Positions 26,002-32,000 of a DNA stretch of 32,000 bases are shown piece after piece. This stretch comes from Vulcanisaeta distributa DSM 14429 (GTDB taxonomy: Archaea; Thermoproteota; Thermoprotei; Thermoproteales; Thermocladiaceae). The notes beneath the pieces are model-generated. The model had not been told where the DNA came from and did no database searches. It saw nothing but the letters and a program-made list of their open reading frames with translations. The position numbers and the translations under genes are program-made. The stretch lies in the NCBI RefSeq assembly GCF_000148385.1, contig NC_014537.1, positions 1,350,001-1,382,000 on the forward strand, in the 5' to 3' direction. Position 1 is the stretch's first letter. Each line of letters starts with the position of its first letter.

Positions 26002-26307
26002 ATGGATGGACTCACAGACAAGGACATTGCCGTACTTATGCACCTGAAGAGGGCTAATGTGGATTATGGCAAGTCAATAGCCATTAACACGGGTATTCCG
26101 CTCGAGGAGGTGTTGCAGATTCTCGATAAGCTTGAGTCGATGGGCTTAATTGAGAGGGTCAGGGGTGGTAAGACGCTCAAGAGGAGTGTTGCTAAGTTTA
26201 AGCTTAGTAATGAGGTTCGTAAGCACCACGTCTATTACAGGCTCTCAAGGCGCGGTGAGTTACTGGTTAGGAGCCTTAGGAGAGGCGGCAAAGCCCAGGG
26301 AACCTAG
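26002..26307 (+). CDS. Small winged-helix DNA-binding protein (MarR/ArsR-like, archaeal)
   Basis: HTH-like GKSIAINTGIPLEEVLQILDKLESMGLIERV followed by a basic wing region; 101 aa. Confidence 0.65.
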   Translation: MDGLTDKDIAVLMHLKRANVDYGKSIAINTGIPLEEVLQILDKLESMGLIERVRGGKTLKRSVAKFKLSNEVRKHHVYYRLSRRGELLVRSLRRGGKAQGT

Positions 26308-26813
26308 CCGGAGTGCTGGATATTGGTTAGTGATGATATTATCTTTTTACCACCCTCGATTATTGTTGCAATGTCCTGTCTAACTATGTCGAGGTCCAGG
26401 TAACGACTCAGTGAACCCTCCCTATCAAGCCCACTATATTGGAATTCATGTAGGTCCAGGGCTAACTCCGTCAGTAACACCACGTCACTGCCGTATTTAC
26501 GGCTTGGGAGTGTAGCCACCTTCTTCATGCGTATCGTGGGCATCGTGGCTATTACGTAATCGACAGCCTCAACCCTAACCCTCTCCTTAAGCCTAACGAA
26601 GCCCCTGAACTCACCTGCCAATTCGCTACGTGAGTTGGCGGCCAGGACTGCTAGGACAGCCTTCCAGCCCTGAAATGCCTTACCCGCGGCATTCCTGTAC
26701 AGCCTATTCTTTAGGAATTCCTCCGCCAACTCAAGCTCGTAGAGTGCCTCTTTGGCCCTGGCCTCAATATACTTGTTAATGTCCTTCCAGGGATGAGCTA
26801 CGTGTTCTTCCAT
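26304..26813 (-). CDS. PaREP1 family protein (HEPN-like helical protein)
   Basis: YRNAAGKAFQGWKAVLAVLAA and LHEFQYSGLD. Its 3' end overlaps the convergent wHTH gene by 4 nt. Confidence 0.8.
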   Translation of the reverse strand: MEEHVAHPWKDINKYIEARAKEALYELELAEEFLKNRLYRNAAGKAFQGWKAVLAVLAANSRSELAGEFRGFVRLKERVRVEAVDYVIATMPTIRMKKVATLPSRKYGSDVVLLTELALDLHEFQYSGLDREGSLSRYLDLDIVRQDIATIIEGGKKIISSLTNIQHSG

Positions 26814-26903
26814 CTTTAGCCTGAAAGCGCCTGGGCATGGCTATAAATGCCTTTATTCATGGTTACTAGCAAGGTTTATCTAATCCCGTGCTTTACTCAA
26901 TCG

Positions 26904-27410
26904 ATGGTTGAGTACGCGCTTAAGCCCATTGGCTATGTTGAGGTCGGCCTCCCAAGGCCTAATGAGCCGGATAGAGGTCGATACGCCACTAGGTATGACT
27001 TCATTGGCGTTGTTAGGGTTTATGATGAGTACGTGGATGGATTGCTGGGACTTGAGGAGTACTCCCACGTAATGCTCATTTACATATTCCATGAGCAGAG
27101 GGAGGTCAGACTCAGGGTTAGGCTGAAGGGAACGGATAAAGAGGTCGGCATATTTGCCACTAGATATCCGTTAAGGCCAAACCCCATTGGTCTATCGGTG
27201 CTGGAGCTCGTTAAGGTTGAACCACCCAGGCTGTGGTTGAGGGGTCTCGACGCCTGGACAGGGACTCCCATACTTGACATTAAGCCCTATGACTACTACG
27301 ACGTTGTTAAGAAGCCGAGGGTTCCCAGGGAATTTGAGGAGGAGTGGGTGAGGAGCTATATTGAGAAGGGGTATGGTGAGAAGGTTCCATGGCTGGGCCC
27401 GTGTCCCTAA
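26904..27410 (+). CDS. TsaA/TrmO-family protein (tRNA m6t6A37 methyltransferase-like, UPF0066)
   Basis: LKPIGYVE, YSHVMLIYIFHE, GIFATRYPLRPNPIGLSV and GTPILDIKPY are the family blocks. The start at 26904 (MVEYALKPIGYVE) is preferred because the track start at 26847 overlaps a TATAAAT element. Confidence 0.85.
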   Translation: MVEYALKPIGYVEVGLPRPNEPDRGRYATRYDFIGVVRVYDEYVDGLLGLEEYSHVMLIYIFHEQREVRLRVRLKGTDKEVGIFATRYPLRPNPIGLSVLELVKVEPPRLWLRGLDAWTGTPILDIKPYDYYDVVKKPRVPREFEEEWVRSYIEKGYGEKVPWLGPCP

Positions 27411-27450
27411 TGCCCTAAGGGTTGTTAATCCCGTAAGTACTACCTTATCG

Positions 27451-27684
27451 ATGGGCCATGTACGGATCAATGCCAAGGTCAGTAATGCCGACTTGAGTAG
27501 GGTTATTGAGGTTGATAGGTCTAGGGCGTGGGTTGAGATTGAGGGTAGGGGTGAGATTGTGCCTGTGCTTGTGTCGGGCATAATCGATAAGGTCTTGATC
27601 GGCGTAACCACGCTCGAGGTTCTCGAGCTTGAGGTTGACCCAGTGACTGGTAAATTGAGGGAACGTACACCACTGCTTTATTAA
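27451..27684 (+). CDS. Small retropepsin-like (clan AA aspartic protease fold) protein lacking the D-T/S-G motif
   Basis: The C-terminal VLIGVTTLEVLELEVDPVTGKL resembles archaeal retropepsin-like proteins as I remember them. At 77 aa it has no DTG/DSG. The internal ATG was chosen because the longer ORF overlaps trmO by 50 nt. Confidence 0.35.
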   Translation: MGHVRINAKVSNADLSRVIEVDRSRAWVEIEGRGEIVPVLVSGIIDKVLIGVTTLEVLELEVDPVTGKLRERTPLLY

Positions 27685-27704
27685 CCCTGATGTGCTAAGA
27701 TACC

Positions 27705-28331
27705 GTGGTTTTAAAGGTATTCCTTGAGGCTCATAGGAGCGATTGCAGGGTTCAAAACGCACTCAAGGCGCTTAATCTAGACTTTAGCATAGCCAGGGTC
27801 AATGTGGGTGATGAGGTATCAACGCACTTAGTTAAGTTGGGTAAGCCCGTGAATAGGGACTTACTTAATTACCTGAGGAGGAGTGGGCTTAGGATTAACG
27901 TGATTGATGAGGAGACCCTGTGGGTCTCAGCGCCGAGTTGTAGCGCCTGTAGGGCGTTAAGTAGGGCTGGGCTTCTTGTGGAGGGTGGTAAGCCGGGTAA
28001 TGAGGACTCCATTGTTTATACTGTGCTCTCACCAGGCATTAAGCGGTTAAGGATGAGTATTAGGCAGTTGAGGTCTAGCGGTGTTAAGGTGAGGGTTCTT
28101 GACATGGAGCAATTGCCCATGCCGAGTCCCACGGAAAGGCAGTTGGAGGTCCTACTCCTTGCGTATAAGATGGGGTATTTCGATAGGGAGGTTAACCTTA
28201 AGGAATTGGCTAAGCAGCTTGGCTTGTCAATATCTACGGTTAGTGAGTTACTTAGGAAGACTCTTAAGAAGGTTGTGACGCACTATTTTGAGGAGATCGG
28301 CATTACCATTGATGAGGATAGACCTAAATAA
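27705..28331 (+). CDS. Bat-type HTH_10 transcriptional regulator with an N-terminal Cys-containing domain
   Basis: The C-terminal PTERQLEVLLLAYKMGYFDREVNLKELAKQLGLSISTVSELLRKTLKKV matches the HTH_10 (bacterio-opsin activator type) pattern. N-terminal cysteines are at RSDC and SCSAC. The start is GTG. Confidence 0.75.
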   Translation: MVLKVFLEAHRSDCRVQNALKALNLDFSIARVNVGDEVSTHLVKLGKPVNRDLLNYLRRSGLRINVIDEETLWVSAPSCSACRALSRAGLLVEGGKPGNEDSIVYTVLSPGIKRLRMSIRQLRSSGVKVRVLDMEQLPMPSPTERQLEVLLLAYKMGYFDREVNLKELAKQLGLSISTVSELLRKTLKKVVTHYFEEIGITIDEDRPK

Positions 28332-28701
28332 CCTCGTAATCAAACCCATACCTAACCTTTAAGTACTCGGCGAGTGCCACGGCATTATTACGTAACTTAT
28401 CCCTAGTGGCATAAAGTAGGGTTACGGCACCATTACCACGTATTATACTTAATAATTTGCTTAAATCGTTAATATTTCTATCAAGCTCACTCCAATACTT
28501 AAGCCTAAACTCATCCCATTTGGCAGGGTCATGGTTAAACCAACGCCTCAACTCGTCACTCGGCGCTAAATCCCTTAACCACACGTCTATCCTAGCCCTC
28601 TCACGACTTAAGCCCCTGGGCCATAACCTATCAACAAGTACTCTAACGCCATCGCTGAGGTCGGGCTCATCATAAACACGTTTAACCTTAATTCTCATCA
28701 T
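28324..28701 (-). CDS. DUF488 (YeaO-like) family protein
   Basis: RIKVKRVYDEPDLSDGVRVLVDRLWPRGLSRERARIDVWLRDLAPSDELRRWFNHDPAKWDEF is near-consensus DUF488. The start is probably at the MMRIKVK methionines rather than at 28719. Confidence 0.85.
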   Translation of the reverse strand: MMRIKVKRVYDEPDLSDGVRVLVDRLWPRGLSRERARIDVWLRDLAPSDELRRWFNHDPAKWDEFRLKYWSELDRNINDLSKLLSIIRGNGAVTLLYATRDKLRNNAVALAEYLKVRYGFDYEVI

Positions 28702-28773
28702 TAGTACTATAAGATTCATTATGGTACTTATTAATAGTAAATCAAAGTATTTCTATGATGATCATGGAAAACC

Positions 28774-28790
28774 AGTTTTAATTTTTAATT
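28774..28790. repeat. 17-nt direct repeat AGTTTTAATTTTTAATT (copy 1)
   Basis: Identical to 31725-31741. It lies in the gap between the qNOR stop and the DUF488 start. Confidence 0.6.
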
Positions 28791-28814
28791 AATTAAGAAC
28801 TAAGGACGATAGTA

Positions 28815-31034
28815 CTAGGACCTGCTCACACCCAAGGCTTCAAGTAATGGTTTGCCCAATGCCTTCCTAAATCTAAGGAGCATTCCAAATATAACTATGG
28901 CGAAGCCGAGCGCTGCGACTAAGTCGCCAATCATCCTAAGCCAAACGAATTCATCAACTAATGGCAACTCCCAGAAGCCAGGATGACCACTTGGTGTTAT
29001 TATAGTCTTTATGAACCAATAGCCGTACTTAAGCTCATACATGAACTGTAGCACGCCTAGGGGTACTAATGATAGCAATGCCTGGAGGTAGAAGCCAACA
29101 CCTATGATAATGGCTGCCCACCTCATGTACTTAAGATCCCTATCACTAAAGCCACCAGATAATGCGAATGCAACCACCCACATCATTATGCTGGGTAAGC
29201 CGTAAGCCAGTGGGAAGGCTAAGTGGGCGTGTGCCATTGTGGTTTGTGCGTCATGTAGGAAGTAATTGAGTAGGGGTAGGTTTATGAGGCCGGCGCCAAA
29301 CGCCACAACGCCTATACCACCGCCAATACCCGCGACTAGGGCATAGGTTACAATGGTCTTTTGAAGCTCAGTCCTAATTTCGCCCCTACGCCACAGCAAT
29401 ATTACATAAATTATTACAAAACCCAGCGGTATTGCCTCGAGGGTGCTCATGACGGCCCCCACATACATCCAGAAGGTGGGTAAACCATTGAAGTAGTAGT
29501 GGTGCGCGGTCCCGATCATGCCGGTGATTATTTCCAGGGTGGCGTCCATACCCGCGACTACGGTGCCCAACTTAGGCGGTATTAAGCCGGCTACGACGAG
29601 GAGCACGACTGTGACTGTAACCACTATGGGCGGCCAAAAGCCTTCGACAAACGCATGTATTGTCATCCACCTGAAGTACTCATCCACTTGGAAGTCAGGC
29701 CAGGGTTGTATGATTGGCAGTGCGCCTATGAAGGCGCCGGCCGCCGTACCTGCTATGGCTATTGATAGTATCTTTGCGAAGGGCTTCAATGATTCAGGCG
29801 CTGTTCTTGATGCCCTACTCCATAGGTATGATACGTAGCCCAGTATCGCCGTTATTAGTATTAGCCATAAAGTGCCCTGGGTCGTAACATCTCTCCCCTG
29901 AGCCCCTATTATGAACCACCAAGGCGCTGGTATTAACTGGAGGTAGCTCGCCCATATACCGAGCAACGTGCCGATTGAGACCAATACCCCAATGACCAGC
30001 ACCGTGAGTACTTGTCTCCTACTCACACTTAGTCCGAAGTATGGGAATACGAAGAAGGAAAAGGCAATCCAGGTTACTGCAATCCAAAGTACGGCAAGAG
30101 TATAATGAAGCGCCCTACTGACGTTGAAGGGTAGTATTGGTATGAGGTTTATGCCGTATAATGATGTGTCTACGTATAAATGCATTGTATAGGCGCCGAG
30201 AAGCCCCTGAATCCCGAGGGCTATTCCAGCAAGTAGGAAGGCGATTAAAGTGAGTCTTTGCGCATCGTTGGGCGATGGCAATTGTATGCTTAACCTCGGC
30301 TCATTCCAATAATCCATTAGCTTGAGTACTACGTAGCCCGCCATGGGCATTACAGTGAGCATTATTGTAAATAACGTGATCCAGGAGGCGTAGGTAACAT
30401 TGGCCGTAGGCTCAATTAGGCCCGGCATATATGGGAAACCGTTGGTATAACCCTGCATTGCAATCATGAAGCTCCACGTGAAGTAGGCGACTAAATCCTT
30501 GACAACGGTCTCATTAGTTATTAGGTCGGGCTTCAACCTAAACTGCTCAGATGCAGGTCCAAGCATCCAGGAGTAGAACTTGACGGCATTGTAGAATCCC
30601 TGGGCGAACTCATCACTAACAACGATTACATCGCCCTTAGGCGTTGGGTCCGCCTTAATTGGCATTAAATCCTGCCTTATGATGGCCATGGCACTTGCAT
30701 TGTCCTGAGGCACGGCGTCAAAGCCCAGGTAATGCGCGGCGGTATCCTCGTAAATCCTCAGGGTGTATGATGTGAAGTCAATACCGAAGTAACTCCCCAT
30801 GCCTAGTATTGATCCGTAATCCATAAGCCCATACTTCTGGAAGTAGTACTTGCCCATGACCACATCATTGTAAGTAAATAATACAGTACCATTCTCAGTA
30901 ACCACGGCTGCGGGTATTGGCGGTAAATGCGTGAACGTATACCACGCCATAATGCCGTAAGCCACGTAGACGAGTATCGTAACCATAAGCACGACCCGAG
31001 GCCATACTGAGTTACGCCCGGCCATGGTGATCAA
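28815..31034 (-). CDS. norB: Quinol-dependent nitric oxide reductase (qNOR, haem-copper oxidase superfamily, long single-subunit form)
   Basis: 739 aa. An N-terminal TM helix plus an extracytoplasmic domain is fused to a 12-TM core. Histidine ligand blocks are GTAHHYYFNG and TMAHAHLAFPLAYG. Confidence 0.9.
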   Translation of the reverse strand: MITMAGRNSVWPRVVLMVTILVYVAYGIMAWYTFTHLPPIPAAVVTENGTVLFTYNDVVMGKYYFQKYGLMDYGSILGMGSYFGIDFTSYTLRIYEDTAAHYLGFDAVPQDNASAMAIIRQDLMPIKADPTPKGDVIVVSDEFAQGFYNAVKFYSWMLGPASEQFRLKPDLITNETVVKDLVAYFTWSFMIAMQGYTNGFPYMPGLIEPTANVTYASWITLFTIMLTVMPMAGYVVLKLMDYWNEPRLSIQLPSPNDAQRLTLIAFLLAGIALGIQGLLGAYTMHLYVDTSLYGINLIPILPFNVSRALHYTLAVLWIAVTWIAFSFFVFPYFGLSVSRRQVLTVLVIGVLVSIGTLLGIWASYLQLIPAPWWFIIGAQGRDVTTQGTLWLILITAILGYVSYLWSRASRTAPESLKPFAKILSIAIAGTAAGAFIGALPIIQPWPDFQVDEYFRWMTIHAFVEGFWPPIVVTVTVVLLVVAGLIPPKLGTVVAGMDATLEIITGMIGTAHHYYFNGLPTFWMYVGAVMSTLEAIPLGFVIIYVILLWRRGEIRTELQKTIVTYALVAGIGGGIGVVAFGAGLINLPLLNYFLHDAQTTMAHAHLAFPLAYGLPSIMMWVVAFALSGGFSDRDLKYMRWAAIIIGVGFYLQALLSLVPLGVLQFMYELKYGYWFIKTIITPSGHPGFWELPLVDEFVWLRMIGDLVAALGFAIVIFGMLLRFRKALGKPLLEALGVSRS

Positions 31035-31243
31035 TATTTACTCACGTTTTAGTTATTAATATCGTAACAACCCAAATAGTTTGACGGTACATAATGATCA
31101 TTAATGTTTAGATTTATATTTAACATTATTCAAATATATACATTTAAATAATAAGTGCTTAATCGAAAGTATGGCTCATTTAATTGATTAGAGTTAATGA
31201 TAAGGCTTTTATTGAGGGATGGCATTACCTTAGATATAAGTTC

Positions 31244-31726
31244 ATGTTGCCTGGGCAACTTGGTAAGCCTCGGAAGGATCTACGGGCATACATTGAGGCC
31301 AGGAGAGCTGAGGCTTCGGCTGAGGTTAGGTTAGCATTAAGGCTGTTGGTTGAGGGTTACACCAGGAACGCCGCCGGTAAGGCGTTTCAGGCATTTAAAT
31401 CATTGCTTGCCGCATTGGCCGGTGAGAGGAGGGAGGAGCTTCGCAATAGTATTAAGAATGTTGATAAGGTAATAGCCTACATGCCCACCTCCATGATTCG
31501 CGATGTGGGTAAGTTACTTGGCCTTGAGAAAGAGTCCCTGCTTGCGTTGGCGCTTCATCAGTATCAATATAATGGTGTTGATCCCGAGGGTATCATGAGC
31601 ATATATACGTCAAGGGACGCCGCAATGAAGGACATATGCAACTTACTGGATAGTGTGGTTAGGGTTCTGGGGGATGAACCATTAAAGCAGGAATTAAGTA
31701 ACGTGTGTGGGTCCTTTCAAGGATAG
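31244..31726 (+). CDS. PaREP1 family protein (HEPN-like helical protein)
   Basis: TRNAAGKAFQAFKSLLAALAG and LHQYQYNGVD. The start at the ATG at 31244 aligns with the N-termini of the paralogs; the ORF track uses a TTG at 31184. Confidence 0.8.
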   Translation: MLPGQLGKPRKDLRAYIEARRAEASAEVRLALRLLVEGYTRNAAGKAFQAFKSLLAALAGERREELRNSIKNVDKVIAYMPTSMIRDVGKLLGLEKESLLALALHQYQYNGVDPEGIMSIYTSRDAAMKDICNLLDSVVRVLGDEPLKQELSNVCGSFQG

Positions 31727-31741
31727 TTTTAATTTTTAATT
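31725..31741. repeat. 17-nt direct repeat AGTTTTAATTTTTAATT (copy 2), also a T-rich terminator-like tract
   Basis: Identical to 28774-28790. It starts inside the PaREP1 stop codon. Confidence 0.6.
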
Positions 31742-31762
31742 TTAAATGTTAGGACCTCGCAC

Positions 31763-32000
31763 CTAACTAACCATTGGAACCTCCTCAGGCGCAACTTCGT
31801 CCGGCATGAACCTATTAGTTAGTACGTGGCCCCTCCTCAAATGCTCGAGAGCCTCCTCAAGGTCAAAGATTGGGTGCTTACAATCAATACAGTAAACCCA
31901 GCCAAATGTTGACAATGCCTCCCTCAACCGATTCTCGGCATCCTTCGAGAAGCGACTATGCTTAGCACCCTCCTCCTTAGTGACTATGCGATCCTTAAGG
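31763..32000 (-). CDS. Hypothetical protein, C-terminal fragment (gene continues beyond the window)
   Basis: My own translation of the minus strand gives an open frame from the window edge to the stop at 31765-31763: ...LKDRIVTKEEGAKHSRFSKDAENRLREALSTFGWVYCIDCKHPIFDLEEALEHLRRGHVLTNRFMPDEVAPEEVPMVS*. It is not in the ORF track because it has no start codon. No family was recognised. Confidence 0.45.
   Translation of the reverse strand, partial: LKDRIVTKEEGAKHSRFSKDAENRLREALSTFGWVYCIDCKHPIFDLEEALEHLRRGHVLTNRFMPDEVAPEEVPMVS

Noticed and set aside
26150-26383. 77-aa ORF overlapping the wHTH gene and the PaREP1 3' end
   Set aside because: It is in an alternative frame of two better-supported genes, with an Arg/Ser/Leu-rich composition and no motif.
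27192-27762. Minus-strand ORFs 27192-27611 and 27445-27762
   Set aside because: They are antisense to trmO, the small retropepsin-like ORF and the regulator start. They show no recognisable domain and are likely shadow frames.
1-32000. CRISPR arrays, rRNA genes, IS elements
   Set aside because: Scanning the intergenic regions showed no regularly spaced 24-37-nt repeats, no rRNA-like conserved blocks, and no transposase or integrase-like ORFs.

Overview
All product calls below come from motif recognition by eye; no searches were run.

The window looks like a crenarchaeal chromosome, probably Thermoproteales (Vulcanisaeta/Caldivirga-like). This is inferred from four PaREP1-family paralogs, an Arch_ATPase gene, an intron-containing class II tRNA with a TATA box about 25-30 nt upstream, AT-rich TATA-type intergenic regions and tightly overlapping genes.

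**Left third (1-16.8 kb).** It holds a 5'-truncated surface glycoprotein (possibly PNGase-A-like), two small AT-rich ORFs, a PaREP1/HEPN-like gene, DUF72 and an MFS permease. A divergent UbiA-prenyltransferase/UbiD-decarboxylase pair and a beta-hydroxyacid dehydrogenase follow. Next come an AT-rich two-gene ABC-type ATPase + TOPRIM module beside tRNA-Ser(GGA), then rmlD and a GC-rich structured intergenic element. The third ends with Arch_ATPase, a radical SAM protein, PaREP1, a siroheme-type nitrite/sulfite reductase and an EamA transporter.

**Centre (16.8-24.9 kb, minus strand).** A translationally coupled respiratory nitrate reductase operon runs in the unusual order narK-narI-narG-narH-narJ, followed by a ferredoxin. 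NarG is the bacterial cytoplasmic type with no Tat motif.

**Right third.** It holds a hemerythrin-like protein, a small wHTH regulator preceded by a perfect 15-bp palindrome, PaREP1, TrmO/TsaA and a truncated retropepsin-like ORF. These are followed by a Bat-type HTH_10 regulator with cysteines, DUF488, a quinol-type NO reductase, another PaREP1 and a 3' gene fragment.

**Best candidate for an undescribed system.** This is the ATPase+TOPRIM pair at 8288-9933. It resembles a split OLD / PARIS / Gabija-like defence module and carries substituted catalytic motifs.

**Secondary candidates.** These are the Arch_ATPase / radical SAM / PaREP1 trio, the scattered PaREP1 (HEPN-like) paralogs, and the roughly 87-nt structured RNA candidate.

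I recognised no CRISPR array, rRNA, transposase or integrase.
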